38,067 nt of DNA from the NCBI GenBank assembly GCA_041548445.1, contig JBFESM010000001.1, forward strand, positions 1-38,067, in the 5' to 3' direction. Below are positions 1 through 9,544 of the stretch, one piece after another. The position numbers and the translations under genes were made by a program. The notes under the pieces were generated by a model. That model searched no databases, was not told where the DNA came from, and saw nothing but the letters and a program-made list of their open reading frames with translations. The stretch is from Methanothrix sp. (GTDB lineage Archaea > Halobacteriota > Methanosarcinia > Methanotrichales > Methanotrichaceae). Numbering within the stretch: the stretch's first letter is position 1; every line of letters starts with the position of its first letter.

Positions 1-163
1 AGAACGTGGGGCTGGAGAGAACACCTTTGTTGTAAAGGATCAGGGGGACGAGCATCCGTCCGATGCGACCGTTTCCGTCCAAGAAAGGATGGATCAGTTC
101 GAACTGAGCCTTGAGAACCGCAAGCTGGACGATACGATCGATATAAACCTCTTCTTTGCCGTG
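1..163 (-). pseudogene. Fic-domain (AMPylase) gene fragment, 5'-truncated; continues off the left edge
   Basis: Manual - strand translation gives HGKEEVYIDRIVQLAVLKAQFELIHPFLDGNGRIGRMLVPLILYNKGVLSSPTF, with the canonical Fic motif HPFxDGNGRxxR at about 56-91. An in-frame TAG lies at 164-166 and there is no start codon upstream of the motif. Confidence 0.8.
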
Positions 164-193
164 CTATCGGCAAGACGCCCGCGCCTCCTCCCT

Positions 194-223
194 GCGAGCT
201 TTTCGGCGTCCTTCACCCTGATA
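194..223 (-). repeat. Imperfect direct repeat of 1099-1127; HsdS C-terminal tail remnant (IRVKDAEKLA)
   Basis: gcgagcttttcggcgtccttcaccctga here versus gcgagcttttcggcgcccttgacctga at 1099-1125; the first 15 nt are identical. Confidence 0.7.
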
Positions 224-240
224 TAAGCTGATTCCATTCT

Positions 241-1002
241 TCAATTCGTGGATCGCGTTCTCCCATCAATGCAAGCATAGCGGATCGCCCCTTTCGGGCA
301 GGTGTCCACACAGTTGCCACAGAGTATGCACTCGGCGTTTTCCATGCTCTCCTGCCGGACCATATCGTTCACATCCAGCCCCATCGGACAGCTTGTCGAG
401 CACGTTTTGCAGTCGGTGCAGAGGCCCCCATCAGCCGAGAGTCGGAGCGCTGGCCAATTGACGAGATTCCGGATCTTCCTTGCGATGATCACGATCACCG
501 CGATCGGGCAGAAATAATGACAGAAGCCGCGTCTCCCGGCAGATATGGCAAATACGGTGATAAAGGCGATCTGGCCATAGAATATGGCATATGCACCCTC
601 TTTTGCGATCGAGATGCCGTTTTCGGTGTAATAAAAGGGATCGATGGTGGTCAATCCTCCGGCCGAATGGACCGCAAGGATGAAGGGAATAAAAATTACA
701 AGAAAAATCAGGTATTTGAGCCGGTTAAGGCGCACGATATTAGTCCTGGTATCATTAATCTGAAAATAGATCTCCTGTAGGCCGCCTGCAGGGCAGAGCC
801 AGCTGCACCAGAGCCGCCCAAAGAATAGCGAGCTGATGAAGATGAGGGTGAAAACGATCAGGCCGCCGGTGACGATACCTTCCGAGGCGCCTTGAGTGAT
901 TATCGGACAGGAGATATAGACGAAGGTGATGGGCATCAATACAAAGGAGAAGATGATCAGCGCCTTACGGAGCCGCTGTCTGTATCTCGTGAGGCTTTTC
1001 AT
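241..1002 (-). CDS. Membrane-bound 4Fe-4S binding protein (NapH/MauN-like polyferredoxin)
   Basis: Hydrophobic helices, two CxxxCP motifs (CSWLCP, CHYFCP) and two C-terminal CxxCxxCxxxCP ferredoxin motifs. ATG at 1002 preferred over TTG at 1020. Confidence 0.85.
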   Translation of the reverse strand: MKSLTRYRQRLRKALIIFSFVLMPITFVYISCPIITQGASEGIVTGGLIVFTLIFISSLFFGRLWCSWLCPAGGLQEIYFQINDTRTNIVRLNRLKYLIFLVIFIPFILAVHSAGGLTTIDPFYYTENGISIAKEGAYAIFYGQIAFITVFAISAGRRGFCHYFCPIAVIVIIARKIRNLVNWPALRLSADGGLCTDCKTCSTSCPMGLDVNDMVRQESMENAECILCGNCVDTCPKGAIRYACIDGRTRSTN

Positions 1003-1076
1003 ATAGAATGCGCCAAGCACTTATGGTATTTTAGAGTTCCTCCATCTACTGCAACTGCATCTCGCCGACCTTCACG

Positions 1077-1200
1077 TCAGGGTACTTGTGACCTCTCCGC
1101 GAGCTTTTCGGCGCCCTTGACCTGAATCTCGCCTGAGATCAGCTTCGGCAGGAGGTCGTCCCGGAAGGTGGCGAGGGTGAGAGTTTGGGGATGAGAATTG
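1077..1200 (-). pseudogene. hsdS: Type I restriction-modification specificity subunit (HsdS) C-terminal remnant
   Basis: Manual translation NSHPQTLTLATFRDDLLPKLISGEIQVKGAEKLAERSQVP* resembles the conserved HsdS terminus TLxxLRDxLLPKLISGExRV. No rest of gene upstream. Confidence 0.75.
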
Positions 1201-1283
1201 TGGGCGGATGAATCACCTGGATGACAACAGAGTGAAAAATCGGTTAAAATCGCAAAAGCCGATAAAGAGAAGTTATGAAAAAG

Positions 1284-1379
1284 CGCCGAGGGGGAGATTC
1301 GAACTCCCGCGACCCTTGCGAATCACAAGCTTTCAGTACAGAATTCCAGGCTTGCGCCTTACCACTAGACTACCTCGGC
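1284..1379 (-). tRNA. tRNA-Ser(GGA) with 12-nt intron at 37/38 (intron 1332-1343)
   Basis: GCCGAGG/CCTCGGC acceptor stem, G discriminator, D arm, anticodon stem CAAGC/GCTTG enclosing 19 nt (CTGGAA-TTCTGTACTGAA-A), long variable arm, T loop TTCGAAT. Confidence 0.9.
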
Positions 1380-1383
1380 ACGA

Positions 1384-2382
1384 TTACGACTTTTTGGACC
1401 AAAGCCTTGGATAGGTCCCCGGAGCCATGACGACCCTGGAGGTCCTGGCCACGATCCCCGAGGAGGACGTCATCATATCCTCGCTCGCCATAGCAGCTTG
1501 GGCCACGGCAACAGCCTCTCCTTTCAGGGTATAAATAACTACCTTCTCGCCCTCCTTGATGTCCGACTCAAGCCGGAGGAGGCCCGGCGCCGCCAGGGGC
1601 GCTCCGTGACAGATCGCATCGACTGCGCCATCGCTGATGACGAGGGCTGGCATGTGCCTCAACGCCACCTCCACCGGCTGGATCGCCTGTCGCAGAAGGG
1701 TTTCGTCACCCGTCTCTTTCCAGATTTCTCTCGCGTCCTTGAGGTTGTGGAGGGTCACCAGGGTCTCGTCTTCGCGAAATGGGCCGCTCTTAGTCCTTCG
1801 AAGCTCCTCCATGTGGGCACCGGTCCCCAGGGCGAGGCCGATGTCGTGGCAGAGCTTTCGGATGTAGGTTCCAGCCTCGCAGCCGACCCGCATCAATACG
1901 CTTGGACCCTCGATCTCCAGGACCTCGAGGTAGTAGATCTCCCTCGTCCGAAGCGCCCTCTTGACGTTGGACTTGAGGGGCGGGCGCTGGTAGATCTCGC
2001 CCTGGAACTCAGCGCACGCCTCAAGAATCCTCTTTCTGGGAAGGGTTGCGTGAACTCGCATCAGGCAGACGTACTCTTTTCCCGCTCTGAGAAGAGTCTC
2101 AACGATCCGGGTGGAGTCGCCAAGCATTGTAGGTAATATTCCCGTCACTTTGGGGTCGAGGGTGCCGCTGTGGCCAGCGCTCTCGATCTCGAGGATCCTC
2201 TTAACCCAGGCCACCACCTCGTGGCTGGTGGGGCCCGGGGGCTTGTCGAGGTTTATGCAGCCTAGCTTTATGTGAAGATCGAGAGGCCGCAGATTTGGCA
2301 GAACGCCGTAGTTGGGGTCGGCTCTGCCCTCCCTTCGGACGAGAACCTCACGAACCCGATCAGAGGGAAGAATTCCTGCCAT
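1384..2382 (-). CDS. cbf5: H/ACA RNA-guided pseudouridine synthase Cbf5 (tRNA psi55 synthase)
   Basis: DKPPGPTSHEV and GHSGTLDPKVTG catalytic motifs, GTYIRKLC, C-terminal PUA domain. ATG at 2382. Confidence 0.97.
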   Translation of the reverse strand: MAGILPSDRVREVLVRREGRADPNYGVLPNLRPLDLHIKLGCINLDKPPGPTSHEVVAWVKRILEIESAGHSGTLDPKVTGILPTMLGDSTRIVETLLRAGKEYVCLMRVHATLPRKRILEACAEFQGEIYQRPPLKSNVKRALRTREIYYLEVLEIEGPSVLMRVGCEAGTYIRKLCHDIGLALGTGAHMEELRRTKSGPFREDETLVTLHNLKDAREIWKETGDETLLRQAIQPVEVALRHMPALVISDGAVDAICHGAPLAAPGLLRLESDIKEGEKVVIYTLKGEAVAVAQAAMASEDMMTSSSGIVARTSRVVMAPGTYPRLWSKKS

Positions 2383-2899
2383 CTTCAAGAGACCTCACTG
2401 CCGCCAGGGCGATCGCGACGACCCCCTTCTCGTTCCATGTCTCGGTATCTATGACCAGGTCGTAGACGGAAAAGTCGTTCAAGTCTATGTTGTAGTACTT
2501 CTCGTACCGTCTCGCCTCGCTCTCCTCCCGGACCCTCGACTCCTGGATTGCGTCCTCCACGAGCTTCTCCTCTCGGACCGCTATCCTCTCGGCCCGAACC
2601 CTCCGGTCGGCCTTGAGCAGGATCTTCAGGTCGGCATCGAGGATGTGGCCCGATAGCCTCCCCTCGAAGACGCCTCCTGCCTCTGCCGCCATCGCCTTCT
2701 GGGCGTCGTCTATGAGATAGTCGATCTCAGGACTCGCCTCGGCGATCCGTCCGAGTTCCCTCAAGGAGATTCCGCGATCGCTTGCGATCTTTCGGAAGAG
2801 CTCTCCAGAGTTGACCCAGCGAAGGCTCAGGACCTTCGCCAGCTCTCTGGCGAGGGTGCTGGTGCCGGTACCTGGAGATCCGCTGACTGTGATTATCAT
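2360..2899 (-). CDS. cmk: Cytidylate kinase (archaeal type)
   Basis: MIITVSGSPGTGTST P-loop, EGRL and YDLVIDT motifs; conserved position before cbf5. Confidence 0.95.
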   Translation of the reverse strand: MIITVSGSPGTGTSTLARELAKVLSLRWVNSGELFRKIASDRGISLRELGRIAEASPEIDYLIDDAQKAMAAEAGGVFEGRLSGHILDADLKILLKADRRVRAERIAVREEKLVEDAIQESRVREESEARRYEKYYNIDLNDFSVYDLVIDTETWNEKGVVAIALAAVRSLEDGRNSSL

Positions 2900-3504
2900 C
2901 CCATACCGCCGATGTCCAGAGCTTTTCTTATGATCTGCGATATCGGTATCGAGCAGATGAAGTACCAGTAGAACCAGTAGAATATGGGGCCGATGACGGT
3001 CTCAGCGATCTCGTGTCTCCCCCAGAAGGGGAAGTTCAGGTAAAGGGCGTTCTGATCGATGTAGAGATAAGCCCACATGAAAAGGGGTATCGAGACGATC
3101 CCGATGTAGGCCATCGGCTTCAGCTGCATCTTCATCATCTTGCTCTGATCGCCCAGCATCTCCCTCTGCTGGACCTGAAGCTGCTGCTGGCGAGCCTTGT
3201 CTCCTGCAAGCTGGGCCTCGCGCATCTCCCGCTGGAAGCTCCTCATCGTCTCCTGCTGCTTTTTGAGGTAACCCCAGTCCATGGTGTACTTCTGGATGAG
3301 GCTCGCGTAAAGGCCGGTTATGGCGGCGAGGGCGAAGAGGACCATGTGAAAGGGGAGGATATCGGGCAACCACCCGATCGCCGCATCCATCACCACTCCC
3401 ACAGTGTGTCTGAACTCCTCGCTCACCATTATCCCCACCATCAGGGCAGTTCCGACGCCCAGAAGTAGGGAGTTCAGGGACTTTGCAAGATTCCCGTTCT
3501 TCAT
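2896..3504 (-). CDS. DUF106 / EMC3-TMCO1 (Oxa1 superfamily) membrane insertase
   Basis: TM helix, Q/M-rich coiled coil, LKPM, WFYWYFICS motif; directly downstream of secY. Confidence 0.92.
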   Translation of the reverse strand: MKNGNLAKSLNSLLLGVGTALMVGIMVSEEFRHTVGVVMDAAIGWLPDILPFHMVLFALAAITGLYASLIQKYTMDWGYLKKQQETMRSFQREMREAQLAGDKARQQQLQVQQREMLGDQSKMMKMQLKPMAYIGIVSIPLFMWAYLYIDQNALYLNFPFWGRHEIAETVIGPIFYWFYWYFICSIPISQIIRKALDIGGMG

Positions 3505-5120
3505 GCCGACTCACCGAAGAACTTGCGCATCATCGGATACATCTCCTGGATCTGCTCGCTGGCGATCTGCTCGTAGAGCCTGTAGACGATACTGACTGTG
3601 AGAAGCAGACCAGTACCACCAGCGCCGCCGAGAGTTCCCATGAGGCTTGCAACGAGGGTGAGAAGGCCTATAATGACGCCGCCGATCACCGTCACCTTGG
3701 GGATGTACCTACCGAGGAGCTTCTCGATGCTGACGGGGCTTCTTCTGTGGCCAGGAACCTGAAGTCCCGAGGCGTGAATTTTGGCTGCAACGCTCTTTGC
3801 CCCCATCCCGGTCGTCTCGATCCAGAATATGGCGAAGATCACGCCGCCCACGATCAGGACCGTAGCGTCGGTGAAGACGTGCAGCCATATCTGCCAGCCC
3901 GCTATCGGATGCAGGCCCAACAGCTCCATGCCCGGGTTGCTGCTGGAAACCAGGCTCGGTATCCAGTCGTAGGGGCTGTTTATCGGCGAGAGGTAGTACA
4001 TCAGGCCGGATATCGGCTGAGGCGATGTGGCACTCACCAGGTCTCCGGTCACCATGTCATACCTCGATGTCGATGTGAAGGTGCCAAGGAGGCTGGAATA
4101 GGCCGTGTAGACGATGTTCAGTCCGGCGGCCGTATCGGTGGTGCTGGCCGTGGTTACCGTTCCGATCTTGCCCGCCAGGAGGGTTCCGATCATCTGGATG
4201 TTGGCCTGAAGGGCCCTCACCAGGATCATGGGAAGAACGCTGGCGTAGACGAGCTTGACCGGGAACCTGCCTCTTGCGCCCCTGACGGAGCTGTGGGCGA
4301 GGGGTATCTCAACCCTCGTGCTCTCCACCAGGACCACGAATAGGACGATCGCTATTGTGGATATCAGGGCAAGAAGGCCGCCGTCTATGAAGACCCGCTC
4401 AAGACCGGAGGATGTGAAGACGTCCTCAAGGCCCAGAACGTCGTTTGTGAATATGAAGATCCATTTCGGGATTATCCCTATGGGCAGGCCCTTGTCCCCG
4501 ATAGTCCAGTTGAATATCCCAGTGATCAGCTGCTGGCTGACACCGGCGACGATGAATAGACCTACGCCTGACCCGATCCCCCACTTGCTCACCACTTCGT
4601 CCATGAAGAGGATGAGAACTCCGCCGATGCAGATCTGGAGGAATACGATGAACGAGATCACGCCTAGGGATACGCCCAACGCCGAGGCCAGTCCCTGATC
4701 AGGCAGGAGGTAGCCGCCCGTCACCTGGGGCAGGGCCTCCACGATGATCATGACGAAGACCAGAAGCTTTTGAGTTCCCTGGAAGACCGCCTGGTCTCGC
4801 GGCTCTCTCAGGTTCAGCTTTATCAGATCGGCTCCTACCAAGAGCTGGAGCACTATGGAAGCGGTGACTATGGGCCCTATGCCCAGGAGCATCAGGGAAC
4901 CGAAGGATCCGGCGAAGAAGGCTCGGTACATCCCGAAAAGGTCTCTCGAAGCCGAGGAGAGGCCGAAGAGGGAGACGTTGGAGAGGGCGAAGTAGAGGAT
5001 GAGTATGCCCACAGTCCAGCTGAGCTTCTTCTTGAAGTGGACGTGACCTTCGGGCCTCTCCACCGCCGGCAGCCTCCTCACGAGAGGCTCTATCGCGTAG
5101 AAGAAGCTTTGCTGATTCAT
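3501..5120 (-). CDS. secY: Preprotein translocase subunit SecY
   Basis: [56 protein letters not shown] motifs; multiple TM helices. Confidence 0.98.
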   Translation of the reverse strand: MNQQSFFYAIEPLVRRLPAVERPEGHVHFKKKLSWTVGILILYFALSNVSLFGLSSASRDLFGMYRAFFAGSFGSLMLLGIGPIVTASIVLQLLVGADLIKLNLREPRDQAVFQGTQKLLVFVMIIVEALPQVTGGYLLPDQGLASALGVSLGVISFIVFLQICIGGVLILFMDEVVSKWGIGSGVGLFIVAGVSQQLITGIFNWTIGDKGLPIGIIPKWIFIFTNDVLGLEDVFTSSGLERVFIDGGLLALISTIAIVLFVVLVESTRVEIPLAHSSVRGARGRFPVKLVYASVLPMILVRALQANIQMIGTLLAGKIGTVTTASTTDTAAGLNIVYTAYSSLLGTFTSTSRYDMVTGDLVSATSPQPISGLMYYLSPINSPYDWIPSLVSSSNPGMELLGLHPIAGWQIWLHVFTDATVLIVGGVIFAIFWIETTGMGAKSVAAKIHASGLQVPGHRRSPVSIEKLLGRYIPKVTVIGGVIIGLLTLVASLMGTLGGAGGTGLLLTVSIVYRLYEQIASEQIQEMYPMMRKFFGESA

Positions 5121-5494
5121 GATACCACTACTTCACCGCCAGCCTCTTCGATCTTCTCCCTCGCGGCAGCGGAGAAGCTGGCTGCACTGACGGAGACGGG
5201 CCTCGCGAGCTTGCCTCTGCCCAGGACCTTCATCTTCCCGAGATCGATCCGGCCGTCCTCGACTGCCATCGAATCCAGTTCGCCGACGTTGACGACGTCG
5301 ACTTCCTTGGCGTTGTGTTTGTAAAACCCGTGCTTGCCCATTGCCCGGCCTCGCATCATCTCTCTTTGGAAGTGATGCTTGCATCCTCCCGCATTGCCGC
5401 GGCCGCCTCTCGACCCCGCGCCCCTGCGGTTTTTGTGAGTGCCGCCGCCACAGGTTCTGCTACCCCGAAACTTCTTCAGCTTGCTTTTAGGCAT
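5117..5494 (-). CDS. rpl15: 50S ribosomal protein uL15
   Basis: [27 protein letters not shown]; KVLGRG; KIEEAGG. Confidence 0.97.
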   Translation of the reverse strand: MPKSKLKKFRGSRTCGGGTHKNRRGAGSRGGRGNAGGCKHHFQREMMRGRAMGKHGFYKHNAKEVDVVNVGELDSMAVEDGRIDLGKMKVLGRGKLARPVSVSAASFSAAAREKIEEAGGEVVVS

Positions 5495-5498
5495 GGTC

Positions 5499-5960
5499 CT
5501 ACCTCATCTTCCAGATAAGATCTGAGATCGACTCGTGGTAACCGAGCTCTCCGCCCTCTTTGACGGTCTTTTTCGTACCGCGGTGACCCTTTCTCGGCGG
5601 GTGAAGCCTGAATACCGGCTTTATCCCGGCTTCCTTGAGGCTTGTTGCCTCCTGGAAGACCGCCGAGGCGAACTCCTTTATGGTCTTGTAGGAGGTGTTC
5701 TCCTTTATGAACTGGTCAGTCAAACGCTTGTTGCCATTCAACCTGCCGCGCATCTCGAGCATCGACGCCAGAGCGTCCTCGTCGATCTCGCCCCAAGCTA
5801 CGTAGTCCTTCACCTTCTGGATCATGCCCCTGTAGTGAGGGCTGTCCGGCACCACAACGCAGTGGTTGATCCTGTGAAGTCGAAGCATCTTGAGGGTATC
5901 CTTGATATCGGGCTTTGTTTTGACGCTGCCCCGAAGTCGCACTATCGCATACATCGTCAT
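5499..5960 (-). CDS. rpl30: 50S ribosomal protein uL30
   Basis: [27 protein letters not shown]. Confidence 0.97.
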   Translation of the reverse strand: MTMYAIVRLRGSVKTKPDIKDTLKMLRLHRINHCVVVPDSPHYRGMIQKVKDYVAWGEIDEDALASMLEMRGRLNGNKRLTDQFIKENTSYKTIKEFASAVFQEATSLKEAGIKPVFRLHPPRKGHRGTKKTVKEGGELGYHESISDLIWKMR

Positions 5961-6565
5961 ACCCTCATGGTGACGGTATTACGCAAAGCATTGTAAGTTG
6001 CCTTGGCGAAGTTGAGGGTGGTTCTGGTGTTGCCCGAGGACTTCGTCCAGACGTCCTGGATCCCGGCCATCTCCATCACCTTTTTGGCGGTCTCTCCCGC
6101 CGCAATCCCCAGGCCTCTCGGGGCCGGGATCAGGGTGATATGAACAGATCCAGCCTTTCCCTTGACCTCGAAGGGTACTGTGTGACCTGCGCCGCAGCCG
6201 CATTCCCAGCTTCCACAACCACGCTGTACCTTTATGATGTTCAGCTTGGCCACATCTATGCCCTTTCTGATGGCGGGTCCGACCTGGTTGTCTCTGCCCT
6301 GGCCGATGCCGATGTAGCCGTCCTTGTTTCCGACGATGACCGTGGCCCTGAACTTGACCCTTCGTCCCGAGTCGGTCATCCTCTGGACCATGTTTATGTC
6401 CAGAACCTCGTCCTCAAGACCGGGTAGCAGGGCGTCGACTATTCCCGCCTCTTTGATCGGGAGCCTCGATTTGAGCGCCTCGTCAAAGGTCGTGATCTGC
6501 CCCTCGTAAACGAGCTTGCCCAGCTTGGTCTTGGGGACCCATTCCTCTCTGTATTCCATCCTCAT
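5957..6565 (-). CDS. rps5: 30S ribosomal protein uS5
   Basis: [36 protein letters not shown]. Confidence 0.98.
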   Translation of the reverse strand: MRMEYREEWVPKTKLGKLVYEGQITTFDEALKSRLPIKEAGIVDALLPGLEDEVLDINMVQRMTDSGRRVKFRATVIVGNKDGYIGIGQGRDNQVGPAIRKGIDVAKLNIIKVQRGCGSWECGCGAGHTVPFEVKGKAGSVHITLIPAPRGLGIAAGETAKKVMEMAGIQDVWTKSSGNTRTTLNFAKATYNALRNTVTMRV

Positions 6566-6569
6566 CCGC

Positions 6570-7079
6570 TCACCCCAGTATCTTCTCGCGGGCGGCCTCG
6601 AACTGAGCCGTGAACTCCACGCCTCGATAGGCCTCTATATTCTCGCCACGGATCCGTTTCTCGTCCGGGAAGATCTTCGGGCTGTGGGGAACCGTTATCC
6701 CGGCGTCCACCACGCCCTTCAGGGCGGAGTATATCCTGTTGCCCTTGGTGTTGGCGTGAATCCCCATGTCCAAAATCGCCTCCGTCTCGCCCATAGCCTT
6801 CATCCTCTTGCCGAAGAGAAGGCCTGCCAGGTACGATGCCGGGACGTTTCCCGTGTTCTGCTCATAGCCGAACTTTTTCAGCTCCTGCGAGTTGACCGTA
6901 AGGAGGGTTCTGTCGCCAATGGGCTCTGCAACGATCAGCTGCAGGGAGATGTTCTTGTTGCCCTTTCTGACCACAAGCCTAGGCTTTCTTGAAAGGATGA
7001 GCTTGTATCTGAAGTGGTAATCCGTTCTGCCCTCTCTCCGCCTTCTGAAGGGCACTTTGTATCGCGGTCCTGTTGCCAT
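6570..7079 (-). CDS. rpl18: 50S ribosomal protein uL18
   Basis: [21 protein letters not shown]. Confidence 0.98.
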   Translation of the reverse strand: MATGPRYKVPFRRRREGRTDYHFRYKLILSRKPRLVVRKGNKNISLQLIVAEPIGDRTLLTVNSQELKKFGYEQNTGNVPASYLAGLLFGKRMKAMGETEAILDMGIHANTKGNRIYSALKGVVDAGITVPHSPKIFPDEKRIRGENIEAYRGVEFTAQFEAAREKILG

Positions 7080-7540
7080 CAGTCACTCCTCGTTAGACCT
7101 TTTGCCTTGATGTACGCGTTGAGATGGGCTGTGCTGCGGTACTCGCCGCCCTTGGCCTTCCGATAAAGCATCCTGTAGGTGTGACGATCGATATCGCCCT
7201 CTTCCCTCAGCTCTTTCAGCGTCCTGCGAAGAGCCCGGATCTTGGTCATCCACATCTCTTTCCTGGGAGACCTGGAGCCTTTCGCACCCTTTCTCCTGCC
7301 CGGACCTTTCTTGTGGCCGTAGGCCCTCTTGGCGGCTCTGACCCTGTATCTCGCGCGGCTGTTGCCCTTCTTCGGCTTGGCCTTGATGTTTCCCGCCTCG
7401 ATCTGAGACCTGATGTCCTCTCTCGTAATGGCGTCAGCGATATCGCCGGCAGCGTCCGGATCGGGGTTGATCCAGATCCTGCTCTCTCCCGCGTCAAGAA
7501 CGCTGGCAGCGAGCCTCTTCTGCGTTGAAAAGTCCGGCAA
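7079..7540 (-). CDS. rpl19e: 50S ribosomal protein eL19
   Basis: QKRLAASVL, AITREDIR, GPGRRKG, LYRKAKGG; TTG start. Confidence 0.97.
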   Translation of the reverse strand: MPDFSTQKRLAASVLDAGESRIWINPDPDAAGDIADAITREDIRSQIEAGNIKAKPKKGNSRARYRVRAAKRAYGHKKGPGRRKGAKGSRSPRKEMWMTKIRALRRTLKELREEGDIDRHTYRMLYRKAKGGEYRSTAHLNAYIKAKGLTRSD

Positions 7541-7541
7541 C

Positions 7542-7937
7542 TCAGTCGCCTCCAGAGGTGGGGTTGAGAACCTTGAGGTTCATCTCCCGGGCCATCGCCT
7601 CGATCTCGTCTCTCTTCTTCATGCCCACAGTTCCGGCGATCCGGACAGCACAACCCTCGGCATCCAACAGGTCGCCGGGACAACTCACGAGAACCTCTTT
7701 CATGCCGCAGGGATGGTATCCCCTAACGCCTTTCGGGCTCCCGTATCCCGCCTTGACGAGCTTTCCCTTGGCTGCGATCTGCTGTCTGAGTTTGTTGTGC
7801 AGGCCACGGGGCCGTCTCCAACTGGTAGAGAGCTTCTTCTTTTTGTGTGAATCGCAACGGTTGAACTCGGGCTTCTTCTTCTTCTGCCTCGCCCGAACTT
7901 TCATCAACCTCTCAGTTTCGGAAGTCAACTCCGTCAC
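7542..7937 (-). CDS. rpl32e: 50S ribosomal protein eL32
   Basis: KKPEFNR, SWRRPRG, GYGSP, HPCG; GTG start. Confidence 0.97.
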   Translation of the reverse strand: MTELTSETERLMKVRARQKKKKPEFNRCDSHKKKKLSTSWRRPRGLHNKLRQQIAAKGKLVKAGYGSPKGVRGYHPCGMKEVLVSCPGDLLDAEGCAVRIAGTVGMKKRDEIEAMAREMNLKVLNPTSGGD

Positions 7938-8467
7938 CTCTTGTCCACCAGGTATATTCCGTCCTGGAATACTCTGATGTCGAACCCTCTGACCTTGGTC
8001 GCCTGCTCGATGTTGGCCATCGTCTGACCAACGCGTTCCTTATCGATTCCGGTGACGATCACGGTGTCGCCCTTGATCTCCACCTTGGAGTCGCCCATGA
8101 TTTTGGCGGACCGAGGCTTCCTCTCGCCCAGGAAGTTGCTGATCAACAGTTCTCCCTTGGCGGCCTTCAGCTGTATCGGGAAGTGAGAGTAAACGGCCTT
8201 CATCTTGTACTCGAAGCCGTCGTTCACCCCTTTGATCATGTTGTTCAGGTGGGCGGCCAAAGTTCCGGCCATGGACCTGTGCCGCTTCCTGGATACCTCA
8301 GCGTCCACGACCAGGCCGGACTCATCTTTTCTGATCTCTATACCAGGATACCAGAGGCGTCTTGAAACCGTCCCCAAAGGTCCGGTCACCGTCACCACGG
8401 CGTCGTCGCTGATCTCCACCTCGACGCCCTCTGGAATTTCTATATGTCGCGCCAACTCTTTGACCAT
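7934..8467 (-). CDS. rpl6: 50S ribosomal protein uL6
   Basis: [31 protein letters not shown] at 8467 follows an AGGTGG SD. Confidence 0.97.
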   Translation of the reverse strand: MVKELARHIEIPEGVEVEISDDAVVTVTGPLGTVSRRLWYPGIEIRKDESGLVVDAEVSRKRHRSMAGTLAAHLNNMIKGVNDGFEYKMKAVYSHFPIQLKAAKGELLISNFLGERKPRSAKIMGDSKVEIKGDTVIVTGIDKERVGQTMANIEQATKVRGFDIRVFQDGIYLVDKR

Positions 8468-8476
8468 AGTGACCAC

Positions 8477-8869
8477 CTAATAAACGTAAGCCAAAAGCTG
8501 GCCGCCGATCCCGCGCTCCCTGGCATCGACGTGAGATATGACCCCCTGGCTCGTGCTCATGATGAGCACGCCAAAGTTCCGAGAGGGAAGGTACCTCTTC
8601 TCCCACTTCTCCAGGTCCAAAACCTGAGTGGAGAACCGAGGCTTGATCACGCCGCACCTGTTGATCTTTCCTTGCAAGTTGACCTTGAACATGCCAGACT
8701 TGCCGTCGTCTACGAACTCGAACTCACCGATGTATCCAAGATCTGCCATAACCTTCAAGGTGTTGCCGATGAGCTTGGAAGCGGGCTGGATGAAGCATTC
8801 TCCTTTGCCGACGTCTTCAGCGTTCTTTATGACGGACATGGCATCGGCAAGCGGATCTAACAATACCAT
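8477..8869 (-). CDS. rps8: 30S ribosomal protein uS8
   Basis: [33 protein letters not shown]. Confidence 0.98.
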   Translation of the reverse strand: MVLLDPLADAMSVIKNAEDVGKGECFIQPASKLIGNTLKVMADLGYIGEFEFVDDGKSGMFKVNLQGKINRCGVIKPRFSTQVLDLEKWEKRYLPSRNFGVLIMSTSQGVISHVDARERGIGGQLLAYVY

Positions 8870-8879
8870 TAGTCATCAC

Positions 8880-9032
8880 CTACGCGTACTTCTCAAAACC
8901 CATGTCCGGGGCGATCTCTCTAAAACACTGCCTGCAGAGATAGATTCCATATTTTCTGATGAGTCCCGGCTTTCTGCCGCACCTTTTACAGGCATTTGCG
9001 CCTCTACCGAAGCTCTTGGTATCAGTCTTCAT
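8880..9032 (-). CDS. rps14: 30S ribosomal protein uS14 (zinc-binding), missing from the ORF track
   Basis: Manual translation [50 protein letters not shown] (50 aa); lies between uL5 and uS8. Confidence 0.97.
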   Translation of the reverse strand: MKTDTKSFGRGANACKRCGRKPGLIRKYGIYLCRQCFREIAPDMGFEKYA

Positions 9033-9544
9033 GCCGCCTCCACGATATTTACGCCGTATTTATTTTTGACGTACTCCACGGCGTCATCTTTGGTGACTCT
9101 GTGCCTGGAAGCCATCTTCGCCCTTGCGACGCGCCTTCGAGCCACCCGGTATCCGGACCGCTTGAGAGCCACGGAGACGTCCATGCCGAAGATCCCGATG
9201 TCGGGGTCATACTTCATCCCCGGAAAGTCGGTGTGCTCCTCGACTCCAAAGGAGAAGTTGCCGGTATCGTCGAACTGACCTTCACGGAGGGCGCCACCCG
9301 CCACTTCCAGAGCGATTTTGAGGAACTCTTCTGCCGCATCGCCCCTCAGAGTCAGCCTGCACCCGATCGGCTCGCTCTTCTTTATGCCAAAACCCGGAAG
9401 GGTCTTTTTGGCGTTGGACCTGACGGGGACACGGTTGGTTATCGCGCCGAGGATCGTCTCGGCGTTGACCAGCCTCTGGCCGCTCTCGCCGGTGCCGATG
9501 TGGACGGTCACCTTGTCAACGCGCGGCTCCAACATCACGTTCAT
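9029..9544 (-). CDS. rpl5: 50S ribosomal protein uL5
   Basis: [28 protein letters not shown]. Confidence 0.98.
   Translation of the reverse strand: MNVMLEPRVDKVTVHIGTGESGQRLVNAETILGAITNRVPVRSNAKKTLPGFGIKKSEPIGCRLTLRGDAAEEFLKIALEVAGGALREGQFDDTGNFSFGVEEHTDFPGMKYDPDIGIFGMDVSVALKRSGYRVARRRVARAKMASRHRVTKDDAVEYVKNKYGVNIVEAA

Noticed and set aside
1208-1414. 68-aa + strand ORF
   Set aside because: It is the antisense reading of tRNA-Ser (GRFELP is a typical tRNA shadow).
8467-8479. rps8 TAG is in frame with rpl6, suggesting a readthrough fusion
   Set aside because: TAGGTGG is simply the SD for rpl6 overlapping the stop, and both proteins have normal termini.
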